A stretch of DNA of 64,000 nt from Alphaproteobacteria bacterium (GTDB lineage: Bacteria; Pseudomonadota; Alphaproteobacteria; MPNO01), in contig OZ219866.1 in the NCBI GenBank assembly GCA_964291675.2, positions 192,001 to 256,000 on the forward strand. The letters are read 5' to 3'. The notes beneath the pieces were generated by a model. The model did not search any database, was not told the origin of the DNA, and worked only from the letters and a program-made list of their open reading frames with translations. The position numbers and the translations under genes are program-made. Shown here piece after piece: positions 1 to 8,209 of the stretch (the first letter of the stretch is position 1; each line of letters begins with the position of its first letter).

Positions 1-319
1 CTGCCGCAGAGACCCCGCGCGCGTCGAGCCGGTCGTAGAGCCCGGCGAGACGATGCCCGTCGGGGCCCTCCGGGGGCCTGACGCCAACCAGGTGCAGCAG
101 GCATTTCAGCCTGAGCTCCAGCGCGATCGCGAGATTGAAATGGCTGGCCGTCTTGAGCGATTCCCAGACGGTGTGCGACGGCCAGCCCGATGCGCCTCCG
201 ACCGGCGAAAGGTCTCCGCCCCTGACCCGCAGCCGGGCGATTTCACGCTCGATCAGCGAGGCGGACTGGCGGAATGCCCGGGCGTCGCCGATCAGCTTCA
301 GGAACCGCACGCCGTTCAT
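1..319 (-). CDS. HEPN-like domain protein (runs off the window edge; absent from the ORF track)
   Basis: Manual translation from ATG at 319 (preceded by GGAGG): MNGVRFLKLIGDARAFRQSASLIERE...HFNLAIALELRLKCLLHLVG...GHRLAGLYDRL. The ELxLK...GHxLxxLY pattern is typical of HEPN proteins. Confidence 0.55.
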   Translation of the reverse strand, partial: MNGVRFLKLIGDARAFRQSASLIEREIARLRVRGGDLSPVGGASGWPSHTVWESLKTASHFNLAIALELRLKCLLHLVGVRPPEGPDGHRLAGLYDRLDARGVSAA

Positions 320-349
320 CGCTTCGCCTCCACCGGCTTGCGCTACCCG

Positions 350-799
350 TTAGCGATACTCCGACGCGGGCCTTGCCGGGCGCGTCGCGGAATTCCCGCT
401 CAACACGTAGAGATCGGGGACCGGCAGCGCGAAGCCGCCGCTCCAGCCGGTCGCGCCATCCCCTTCCGGCACGCCCGGCCCCCGAACGGCCCCCGAGGGG
501 CGAAGCCGGAGGCCGAGCGCGTTCATCACGCTGACAACGGTCGCGAAACCGGGGTTCCCGTCGCCGGAGAGCGCCTTGTACAGGCTTTCCCTGCCCAACC
601 CGGTCTTCGCCGCGACGGCGGTCATTCCCCTGGATCGCGCGATATCCCCGAGCGCCGCCGCGATGATGCGCGGATCGCCGTCCTCGAACGCCGCTTCCAG
701 GTAGGCCACGATGTCATCGAGGTCTTCGAGATAGTCCGCCGCATCCCAGGGGAGCGTGCTCGCCCTTGCGGCGGAAGCGCGGGTTCGCGCATCGTTCAT
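350..799 (-). CDS. Addiction module antidote protein (HI1420-like HTH antitoxin)
   Basis: WDAADYLED...AYLEAAFEDGDP...ALGDIARSRGMTAVAAKTGLGRESLYKALSGDGNPGFATV is the family signature. ATG at 799 overlaps the upstream toxin stop. The C-terminus is about 45 aa longer than usual. Confidence 0.85.
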   Translation of the reverse strand: MNDARTRASAARASTLPWDAADYLEDLDDIVAYLEAAFEDGDPRIIAAALGDIARSRGMTAVAAKTGLGRESLYKALSGDGNPGFATVVSVMNALGLRLRPSGAVRGPGVPEGDGATGWSGGFALPVPDLYVLSGNSATRPARPASEYR

Positions 800-1014
800 C
801 GATCTTCCCCTTCCGCCAACGCCTGCGCGAGGTCGCGCGCTCTCTCGATGTCCTGCCGCCGGGTTCGCTTGTCGCCGCCGACCACCGCCCGCGCATCTCC
901 CGGATTGCCCAGCGCCAACCGATTGATGCGGATGAGGATCCGCGCCTTCGCCCGCCTGTCGCGAAGTCTCCGAAACCAGCTGTCGTACGCATCGGTCTGG
1001 CGAACTTCGGCCAC
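796..1014 (-). pseudogene. Addiction module killer (RelE/HigB-like) toxin with in-frame internal deletion
   Basis: WFRRLRDRRAKARILIRINRLALGNPGD is joined directly to GGDKRTRRQDIERA. The usual ELRIDYGPGYRVYF...LL core is missing; 72 aa. Confidence 0.8.
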
Positions 1015-1114
1015 CGGCCGGTTGTATCCTACAAGATACGCCTCGGCAACGCTGCTGCAATCGGCGAAAGGCCCCGACGGGCTGGCGGAAACGGAGCCGC
1101 GTCCTCCAAGTGCA

Positions 1115-1213
1115 GTTGACGGTGGGAGCTCCCTGATGGTTCAGGGCAGGGTCTCAAAAGCCCGAAGACACGCGATCCCCATTGCGTCGGGTTCGATTCC
1201 CGCTACCTCAACC
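1115..1213 (+). ncRNA. Irregular tRNA-like cloverleaf with tRNA-Sec-like arms (allo-tRNA-like), anticodon loop CTCAAAA
   Basis: Acceptor-type pairing GTTGA(C)GGTGG/CTACCTCAAC; 6-bp D stem CCCTGA-TGGT-TCAGGG; anticodon arm GGGT-CTCAAAA-GCCC; 7-bp variable stem ACGCGAT-CCCC-ATTGCGT; 4-bp T stem CGGG-TTCGATT-CCCG. No encoded CCA. Confidence 0.6.
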
Positions 1214-1218
1214 GAACT

Positions 1219-1458
1219 CTAAGTCTTTTCATAATTGGCAGATCGCAGTTCTCGAATCTCTACTCGTATCCCTTTAAGATCGGATCGCATGTCTCTTGTA
1301 ATCTCTTTGAGATCGTTTCGGATGTCTTCAGCGATCTGCTTGAGAGTTTCTCGATCGCTGTTGACTCGTCCTACCCATATTCCGATCACGACGAGGATCG
1401 CGCCAACCGAGACCGCCCCGGCGAGCTTGGCCGCTTCCTGCCAGAACGCCATACCCAA
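1219..1458 (-). CDS. Small membrane-anchored coiled-coil protein
   Basis: One hydrophobic helix (AVSVGAILVVIGIWVG), then heptad-like IRNDLKEITRDMRSDLKGIRVEIRELR; lower GC than flanks; GAGG upstream. Confidence 0.6.
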   Translation of the reverse strand: MGMAFWQEAAKLAGAVSVGAILVVIGIWVGRVNSDRETLKQIAEDIRNDLKEITRDMRSDLKGIRVEIRELRSANYEKT

Positions 1459-1612
1459 CCTCTACTCTTCGAAACTGCTTCGAGAATCAACCTAGTATAC
1501 TCTGAGTTGAGTTCGTGGGCGAAGCAAGACCACAACGCCCAGGGGCCAACGAGTATCCTCATCCCGAACCGGTCCCGCAGGGGCCGCATCGAAAGACGGG
1601 CGCCGCGCTGCC

Positions 1613-3229
1613 ATGACGGATTACGACGGCATCGTGCTCGGCGGCGGGCATAACGGGCTGATCCTCCAGGCCTACGCGGCGCGCGCCGGGCTCAGGGTGC
1701 TGACCATCGAGCGCCGGCCGGTGGTCGGCGGCGGGCTGGAGACCGCGGAGGATCCGCGCCATCCGGGCTTTCTGCACAACACGCACGGCTTCTTCCAGCG
1801 CGCGCTGACCGGGATGCCGTGGTATCGCGACCTGGAGATCGCCCGCCACGGCGCGCGCTATATCGAGCCCGAGCTCAACGTGGCGATGATGCTGGGCGAC
1901 GGCCGGTCGCTGCAATGGTGGACCGATTTCGAACGCACCCATGCCTCGTTCGCCGCGCTGTCGAAGCGGGACGCCGCCACGCTCAAGCGCTGGCACGACG
2001 CGTTCCGCCCGATCGTGCGCGACATCCTGGTGCCCGAGGCGACGTCGCCGCCCTTGCCGGCGGCCGAGCGCCGCGCGCTGCTCGAACGCAGCGCCGCCGG
2101 GCGCCGGCTGCTGGAGGCGAGCGCGCTGTCGCCGCTCGAATTCGTCGAGAGCGAGTTCACCCACCCGACCATCCAGGCGGGGCTCCTGTTCTTCAACGGG
2201 CTGCGCGAGGTCGATCTCAGGGTGCGCGGCTTCGGCCACCACATCGCCGCGCTCCTCGCGAGCACCGCGAAGGCGCAGATGACCGTGGGCGGTGCGCAGA
2301 TGCTGGCCGTCGCGCTGGAGCGCGCGGTGCGCGAGGCGGGCGGCGACATAATGGTGGCGACGGAGCCGCGCCGCATCCTGGTCGAGCGGGGCCGGGCGGT
2401 GGGCGTCGAGACCCAAGCGGGCGAGACCTTCACGGCGCGCCGCTTCGTCGCCTCCTCGCTCAACCCGCACCAGACCTTCCTCGACCTGCTGGAGCCGGCG
2501 CATTTGCCGGACGCGTGGCGGCGCAAGGTCGAGAGCTTCGCCTACAACCTGATCGCGCCGCTGTTCGCGCTCAACCTCAACCTCGCCGAGCCGCCGCGCT
2601 ACAGCGCCGCCGATGCCGACCCCGCGCTGGAAAAACCCTTCATGGTCATCATGGGGCTCGAACACGTCTCGCAGTACCCTGAGATCGTGCGCCACCACGA
2701 GGCCGGGACCATCCCGCCGACGGTGATGTGGGGCTGCTGCCCGACCCAGTTCGACCCCTCGCAGGCGCCGCCCGGCCGGCACACCGCCTTCATGTGGGAG
2801 AAGCTGCCCTACCGGCTCGGCGGCGATCCGGCGAGCTGGGACGCGGCGAAGGACGCCCACGGCGCCGCGATGCTCGATCTCTGGCGCCGCCACGCCCCCA
2901 ACCTCGCCGACGCGGTGATCGACCGCTTCGCGCGCAGCCCGCTCGACGTCGAGCGCACGCTCCCCAACATGCGCCACGGCGACCTGCTGGTCGGCGCCTT
3001 CACCAACGGCCAGATCGGCGCCGACCGGCCGTTCCCGGGCGCCGGGCGCTACCGCGCCCATCTCGACGGTCTCTATCTGTGCGGCTCGGCCTCGCACCCG
3101 GGCGGCAACGTCACCGGCCTGCCGGGCTACAACGCGGCCCAGGTGCTGCTCGCCGATCTCGGCATCGAGGCCGGCTGGGCGCCGCCCCCGATCGCCGACC
3201 GGCTGGCCGCGCTGGGGGATGCGGAGTAG
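1613..3229 (+). CDS. Phytoene desaturase-like FAD/NAD(P)-dependent oxidoreductase
   Basis: N-terminal GGGHNGL dinucleotide motif, ERRPVVGG, and C-terminal LYLCGSASHPGGNVTGLPGYNAA. Confidence 0.85.
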   Translation: MTDYDGIVLGGGHNGLILQAYAARAGLRVLTIERRPVVGGGLETAEDPRHPGFLHNTHGFFQRALTGMPWYRDLEIARHGARYIEPELNVAMMLGDGRSLQWWTDFERTHASFAALSKRDAATLKRWHDAFRPIVRDILVPEATSPPLPAAERRALLERSAAGRRLLEASALSPLEFVESEFTHPTIQAGLLFFNGLREVDLRVRGFGHHIAALLASTAKAQMTVGGAQMLAVALERAVREAGGDIMVATEPRRILVERGRAVGVETQAGETFTARRFVASSLNPHQTFLDLLEPAHLPDAWRRKVESFAYNLIAPLFALNLNLAEPPRYSAADADPALEKPFMVIMGLEHVSQYPEIVRHHEAGTIPPTVMWGCCPTQFDPSQAPPGRHTAFMWEKLPYRLGGDPASWDAAKDAHGAAMLDLWRRHAPNLADAVIDRFARSPLDVERTLPNMRHGDLLVGAFTNGQIGADRPFPGAGRYRAHLDGLYLCGSASHPGGNVTGLPGYNAAQVLLADLGIEAGWAPPPIADRLAALGDAE

Positions 3230-3337
3230 CGTCCTTCGATACGCCCCCTTCGGGGGCTACTCAGGATGAGGGAGGGGTGTGGGCGGCCGAGAACTTCCCT
3301 CATCCTGAGTAGCGGCGAAGCCGCGTATCGAAGGACG
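3230..3337. repeat. Palindromic repeat family A (CGTCCTTCGATACG...CTACTCAGGATGAG / CTCATCCTGAGTAG...CGTATCGAAGGACG)
   Basis: Inverted-repeat element between convergent genes. Further copies at about 8099-8207, 16919-17029, 41212-41268, 45845-45981, 49152-49417, 55230-55337, 61471-61578, with a divergent half at 1557-1598. Confidence 0.9.
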
Positions 3338-5689
3338 CGCCCCGGCCACCGCCTCCAGGATGGCCTCCGGCGTGATCGGCAGGCTCGTCACCCGCGCGCC
3401 GAGCGGGCGCAGCGCGTCGTTGACCGCGAGCAGGATCGCCGCCGGCGCGCCGACCGTGCCGGCCTCGCCCGCCCCCTTGGTACCGAGCGCGGTCTCCTCG
3501 ATCGGGGTCTCGACATGGCCGACATGGATGTCGGGCAGCCCCGCCGCCATCGGCACCAGGTAGTCGACGAAGCTCGCGTTGAGCATCTGGCCGTCTTCGT
3601 CGTAGCGGCACTCCTCGAACAGCGCGCCGCCGATCCCCTGCACCACCCCGCCGCGGATCTGCTCCTCGACCAGCAGCGGGTTGACGATGCGCCCGCAATC
3701 CTCGACCACCCAGTGGTCGAGCAGGCGGATCTCGCCGGTCTCGACATCGACCTCCAGGGAGGAGCCCTGCACCCCGTTTGCCAGCGCGAAGGGCGCGGCG
3801 TCGGGGACGTAGTGGCGGGTCGCCGCCAGCTCGGGCTGCACCCCGGGCGGCAGCATGTCGTGGCGGAAATGGCCGATGCGGGCGATCTCGGCGAGCGCGA
3901 TGCGGGCCTCCCCGCTCGCCCGGTCGCACACCGCGCCGCGCGCGAGCGTGAGCGCGGCGGGGTCGGCCTGGAGCATGGAGCCCGCAAGCTCGAGGATGTT
4001 GGCCCGCAGGGCGTCGGCGGCGCGCCACGCCGCCTCGCCGCCGATGGTGAGCCCGCGCGAGGCCCAGGCGCCGCCGCCATAGGGCGCGGACGCGGTGTCG
4101 CCACCGACCACGCCGACATCCGCCGCCGCCACTCCCAGCCGGTCGGCGACGATCTGGGCGATGGCCGCATGGGTCCCCTGGCCGAGCTCGATCACCGAGG
4201 TGACGCAGCGCACCGCGCCCGACGGCTCCAGCCTCACCGTGGCGCCGTCCTGGGTCGAGATGTGGGCGCCCGACGGGCCGTAATAGGCGGGACCGACCGA
4301 GGTCATTTCGAGGAAGGTGGCGACCCCGATGCCGCGCCAGACCCCGTGCCCGCGCAGCCTCTCCTGCTCGGCACGCAAATCCTCGTAGCCCATCATGGCG
4401 ACCAGCCTGTCGAGGCATCGCCGGGGGCTGAGGCGGCGGATCGCGAGCCCGCCCGGCGTCTTCAGCGGGTAGTCCTCGTCCGCCCAGTAGTTGCGCCGGC
4501 GCAGCGCGACCGGGTCGATCCCGGCCGCATGCGCCGCCCAGTCGAGCAGCTGCTCGGCCACCGCGCAGGCGATCGGCTGGCCCACCGCGCGGTACATGCC
4601 GCTCGGCGGCTTGTTGAGGAACGCGACCCTGAGCCGCGCGCCGTAATTTGCGTTGGCATAGGCGCCGGCCGCCATCATGACGGTCATCATGCCCTCGCTG
4701 ATCGGCGCGCGGCCGTATGAGCCGTAGGCGCCGAGCGAGGTCAGCGCGTCGACCGAGAGCCCGGCGATCCGGCCGTCGGCGTCGACGCCGAGCCGTGCCG
4801 TCACCCCCTGGTCGCGGGCATGCACGTCGGTGACGAAGGACTCCATGCGGTCGGCGACGTATTTCACCGGCCGCCCGAGCAGCCTGCTAACCGCCGAGAC
4901 CGCGATCTCCTCGCCGTAGATATGGAGCTTGATGCCGAACCCGCCGCCGATATCCGGCGAGACCACGCGGACCAGGTGTTCCGGGATGCCGAGCATGCGC
5001 GACAGCGTGTCCTGCTGGTGCCACGGCGACTGGTGGCTGCCATGCACGGTGAGCCTGCCCTCGCCGGGGTCGTAATCGGCGATGACGGTGCGCATCTCCA
5101 GCGGCACGCCGGTGTGGCGCGAGAACGAGAAGCTGCCCTCGACGACATGCGCGGCTGCGGCCAGCGCCGCCTCGGGCGCGCCTGCCTCGATCGTCGTCGA
5201 GAAGCAGAGATTGCCGCCGAGCCCGGGATGGACCGGCGCGGCGTCGGCATCGAGCGCGCGGTCGCGCATTGCGGCGGCGGGCAGCGGCTCCCACTCGACG
5301 AGCACCTCGTCGGCCGCGTCCTCGGCCTCGGCGCGGGTCCGGGCGATCACGGCGGCGACCGGCTCGCCCTGCCAGACGGCGCGCTCGACGGCCAGCGCGT
5401 GCTGCGGCGGCGAGACCATGCTCGGCAAGTGGTCCATCGTCCCCTGCCAGGGGGCGCAGATTGCGGCGATGTCGGCGCCGGTGAACACGCGCGCCTCCGG
5501 CACCCGGGCGAGCGCGGGCGCGGGGTCGATGTTCAGGATGCGGGCATGCGCGTGCGGGCTGCGCACGAAGGCGAGGTGGAGCAGACCCGGGAAGCGGAGG
5601 TCGTCGGCATAGCAGCCGCGGCCGACGGCGAGCCTGCGGGCGGCGCTGCGCGGCAAAGGGCGCCCGACGGCGCCCGCGGGATCAGCCAC
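3257..5689 (-). CDS. Xanthine dehydrogenase/CoxL-like molybdopterin-binding large subunit
   Basis: FVRSPHAHARI, DIGGGFGIK, ELGQGT, EEQIRGGVVQGIG and KGAGEAG motifs. The active-site loop reads MYRAVGQ, not AYxCSFR. The last ~25 aa are encoded by repeat family A. Confidence 0.9.
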   Translation of the reverse strand: MADPAGAVGRPLPRSAARRLAVGRGCYADDLRFPGLLHLAFVRSPHAHARILNIDPAPALARVPEARVFTGADIAAICAPWQGTMDHLPSMVSPPQHALAVERAVWQGEPVAAVIARTRAEAEDAADEVLVEWEPLPAAAMRDRALDADAAPVHPGLGGNLCFSTTIEAGAPEAALAAAAHVVEGSFSFSRHTGVPLEMRTVIADYDPGEGRLTVHGSHQSPWHQQDTLSRMLGIPEHLVRVVSPDIGGGFGIKLHIYGEEIAVSAVSRLLGRPVKYVADRMESFVTDVHARDQGVTARLGVDADGRIAGLSVDALTSLGAYGSYGRAPISEGMMTVMMAAGAYANANYGARLRVAFLNKPPSGMYRAVGQPIACAVAEQLLDWAAHAAGIDPVALRRRNYWADEDYPLKTPGGLAIRRLSPRRCLDRLVAMMGYEDLRAEQERLRGHGVWRGIGVATFLEMTSVGPAYYGPSGAHISTQDGATVRLEPSGAVRCVTSVIELGQGTHAAIAQIVADRLGVAAADVGVVGGDTASAPYGGGAWASRGLTIGGEAAWRAADALRANILELAGSMLQADPAALTLARGAVCDRASGEARIALAEIARIGHFRHDMLPPGVQPELAATRHYVPDAAPFALANGVQGSSLEVDVETGEIRLLDHWVVEDCGRIVNPLLVEEQIRGGVVQGIGGALFEECRYDEDGQMLNASFVDYLVPMAAGLPDIHVGHVETPIEETALGTKGAGEAGTVGAPAAILLAVNDALRPLGARVTSLPITPEAILEAVAGARPSIRGFAATQDEGSSRPPTPLPHPE

Positions 5690-6161
5690 CGAAGCGGCTC
5701 TCCATCGTCGTCTCGACCGCGTCCACGATGGCGTGGTAGCCGGTGCAGCGGCAGTAATTGCCGGACAGGAACTCGCGGATCTCGGCCCGCGTCATCTTGC
5801 GCCCGGCCTCCATCATCTCGGCGGCGGTCAGCAGCATGCCGGGCGTGCAGTAGCCGCATTGCAGCGCGTTGCGGGCGATGAACGCCTCCTGCAGATCCTC
5901 GATCTCGCCCGAATCCGAGACCCCCTCGATGGTCCACACATCGGCCCCGTCGGCCTGGATGGCGAGCATCAGGCAGCCGCGCACGATCTGCCCGTCGACG
6001 CGCACCGTGCAGGCGCCGCAGACGCCGTGCTCGCAGCCGAGATGCGAGCCGGTCAGCCCGAGCTCGATGCGCAAAAAGTCGACCAGATGCTGGCGCGCCT
6101 CGACCCGCCTGGCGATCTTCTCGCCGTTGACCGTGACTTCGATGTCGGCGAATTCTTCCAT
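5682..6161 (-). CDS. CoxS-like (2Fe-2S) small subunit
   Basis: GCEHGVCGACTV, LQCGYCTPG and NYCRCTGY motifs. Confidence 0.92.
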   Translation of the reverse strand: MEEFADIEVTVNGEKIARRVEARQHLVDFLRIELGLTGSHLGCEHGVCGACTVRVDGQIVRGCLMLAIQADGADVWTIEGVSDSGEIEDLQEAFIARNALQCGYCTPGMLLTAAEMMEAGRKMTRAEIREFLSGNYCRCTGYHAIVDAVETTMESRFGG

Positions 6162-6173
6162 CCTTCCGCCCCC

Positions 6174-7034
6174 TCAGCCTGAAGCGACCATGCGGTCGAG
6201 CGCGCGCCCGGTGAGCACCCGCGCGAGATGCAGCCTGGTCGCCGCCGAGGCATGGAAATTCCCGATCGGGTCGAGGTCGCCGCCGAGCGCCTCCTTGACC
6301 GCCTCCTTGACGTCCTCGGACCAGGGCTTGCCCTCGGCCGCGGCGGATGCGCCCGCGGCGAGGCGGGGCCGGTCGTCGGAGCCGAAATAGGCCAGCCGCA
6401 CGTCGCTCAGCACGCCGCCGTCCACCCTGGCGTGGCAGCACACCCCGGCCAGCGCGAAGTCGCCGTGGCGCCGGGCGAGCTCCATGAAGGACGAGCGGTA
6501 GCCCGCCCCGAGCGCCGGGATGCGGGTCTCGACCAGGATCTCGTCGTCGCCGCGCTCGGTCTCGTAGAGCCCGTTGAAGAAGGAGCGCGCGGCGACCGTC
6601 CGCCGCCCGCGCGCGCTCGCCAGCACGAATTCCGCATCGAGCGCGAGCGCGCAGGCCGGCAGCTCGGCCGCCGGGTCGGCGAGCGCGATGCTGCCGCCGA
6701 AGGTGCCGCGGTTGCGGATCGCCACATGGGCGACATGCGGCATGGCCTCGGCGACCAGCGGCAGCCGCCCGGCGACGACGTCCGAGCCCATCACCTCGGC
6801 GTGGCGGGCGAGCGCGCCGATCCTGACCGTGCCGTTGTCGAGACCGATCCCCTTGAGCGCGTCGATCCGGTTGATGTCGATCAACAGGCTCGGCCGCGAC
6901 AGCCGCATGTTGAGCGTCGGCATCAGGCTCTGGCCGCCGGCGAGGATGCGCGCCTCGTCGCCGTGCTCGGCGAGCAGCGCCAGCACCTCGTCGAGGTTGT
7001 CCGGCCGGGTATAGGCGAAGCGCGGCGCCTTCAC
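6174..7034 (-). CDS. CoxM-like FAD-binding medium subunit
   Basis: Probable GTG start at 7034 (VKAPRFAYTRP); ILAGGQSLMP and IRNRGTFGGSIALADPAAE motifs. Confidence 0.9.
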   Translation of the reverse strand: MKAPRFAYTRPDNLDEVLALLAEHGDEARILAGGQSLMPTLNMRLSRPSLLIDINRIDALKGIGLDNGTVRIGALARHAEVMGSDVVAGRLPLVAEAMPHVAHVAIRNRGTFGGSIALADPAAELPACALALDAEFVLASARGRRTVAARSFFNGLYETERGDDEILVETRIPALGAGYRSSFMELARRHGDFALAGVCCHARVDGGVLSDVRLAYFGSDDRPRLAAGASAAAEGKPWSEDVKEAVKEALGGDLDPIGNFHASAATRLHLARVLTGRALDRMVASG

Positions 7035-7158
7035 TGCCAGCCTCCCGTCTTCGTTGTCCGGCAGACATCGTAGCCAAGGCGGCGGTTTGGGCAAGGGCGA
7101 TGGACAGTTCGGCACCCGCCGGCCACAATTCCGCGCAAGCCGGCAAGGGAGGCGGATC

Positions 7159-7779
7159 GTGGAGATCGTCGAGGAATTCACCATCCCCGCGCGCGAGGGC
7201 CGCGCCGTCCGCGTGGAGAAGGGCCAGGTGCTCCGCATCCACCAGATCGTCGGCGGCCAGGTCGGCGACTGCGTGTTCTACAACGCCGACGACCGCCGCG
7301 AGTGGTTCCATGTCGGGCAGAGCTGGGCGACCAACGTGATCCTCGGCACCGGCACGTCGAAATCCTTCAAGCACTTCTATTCCAAGCCGCCGCGCGAGAA
7401 CGTGATGCTCACCGTGCTCGCCGACACCTGCGCCAACCACTGGGGCAATATGGGCGGGCGCTGCTCGGCCAAGCTCTACGAACGGCGCGACAACCTCGCG
7501 GTCCACCGCTCCTGCCAGGAGAACCTGACCGAGGCGCTGGCGCCCTGGGGGCTCGGCGGGGACGAGGTGATGGACGTGTTCAACGTGTTCATGAATGTCG
7601 AGCTGCACGCCGACGGCGGCTTCGCCATCCTGCCGACCGAGGTGGGCGCGGACGACTACATCGACCTGCGCGCCGAGATGAACGTGCTCGCCGCGATCTC
7701 CGCCTGCCCGGCCGACACCTCGCCCACCAACAACGGCAGGTCGGCCCCGCTCGGCATCAAGGTGTTCGCGGGGGGCTGA
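7159..7779 (+). CDS. DUF1989 / urea carboxylase-associated family protein
   Basis: GTG start after GGAGG; GGQVGDC, HRSCQENLTEAL, FNVFMNV and YIDLRAEMNVLAAISACP. Confidence 0.8.
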   Translation: MEIVEEFTIPAREGRAVRVEKGQVLRIHQIVGGQVGDCVFYNADDRREWFHVGQSWATNVILGTGTSKSFKHFYSKPPRENVMLTVLADTCANHWGNMGGRCSAKLYERRDNLAVHRSCQENLTEALAPWGLGGDEVMDVFNVFMNVELHADGGFAILPTEVGADDYIDLRAEMNVLAAISACPADTSPTNNGRSAPLGIKVFAGG

Positions 7780-7890
7780 GCCCCGCCGCGTCGTTTCGAC
7801 CGGAGCGCCGGCCCAAGGTTTCGCTTGTCGAATGCTCGACGGGGCCGGATGATGCCGCTCAACCGACGATGAGGCGTCAAGGAGCGGACC

Positions 7891-8043
7891 ATGCTCTCCG
7901 TCAGTCTGCCGGCCGACGTTGAGGACCTCGAAGATCTTGAGGATCTCCATCTCGCGGAAAAGCGCTCGCGCGAAAACCGGGCCGGGTCGTCGCAGACATA
8001 CACGCTTGCGGAGGTAGAGCGCGAGCTTGGCATGGCGGGTTGA
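7891..8043 (+). pseudogene. RelB/StbD-like antitoxin with internal deletion
   Basis: AAGGAG RBS; MLSVSLPADVE is fused to DLEDLEDLHLAEKR...TYTLAEVERELGMAG. The ribbon-helix-helix middle segment usual in this family is missing. Confidence 0.65.
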
Positions 8044-8100
8044 GTTCGACGCCGGCGCCCCCAAGGACTTGCGAGCGCAGGACCGCGAGCCGGCGGTGCG
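8027..8100 (+). pseudogene. RelE/StbE-like toxin N-terminal stub, ending at repeat family A
   Basis: TTG-start MAWRVEFDAGAPKDLRAQDRE overlaps the antitoxin end and runs into the repeat at 8099. Confidence 0.6.
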
Positions 8101-8209
8101 TCCTTCGATACGCGGCTTCGCCGCTACTCAGGATGAGGATGGGTTGGTGCGGGCAACAAAATTACCCTCATCCTGAGTAGCCCCCGAAGGGGGCGTATCG
8201 AAGGACGCC

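Noticed and set aside
1115-1213. Canonical selC (tRNA-Sec) or tmRNA
   Set aside because: The best anticodon stem frames CAA rather than TCA, the T stem is 4 bp rather than 5, no sel genes are nearby, and there is no tmRNA tag frame or second piece.
3257-7034. Aerobic CO dehydrogenase
   Set aside because: The large subunit lacks the AYxCSFR loop and no coxDEFG accessory genes are present.
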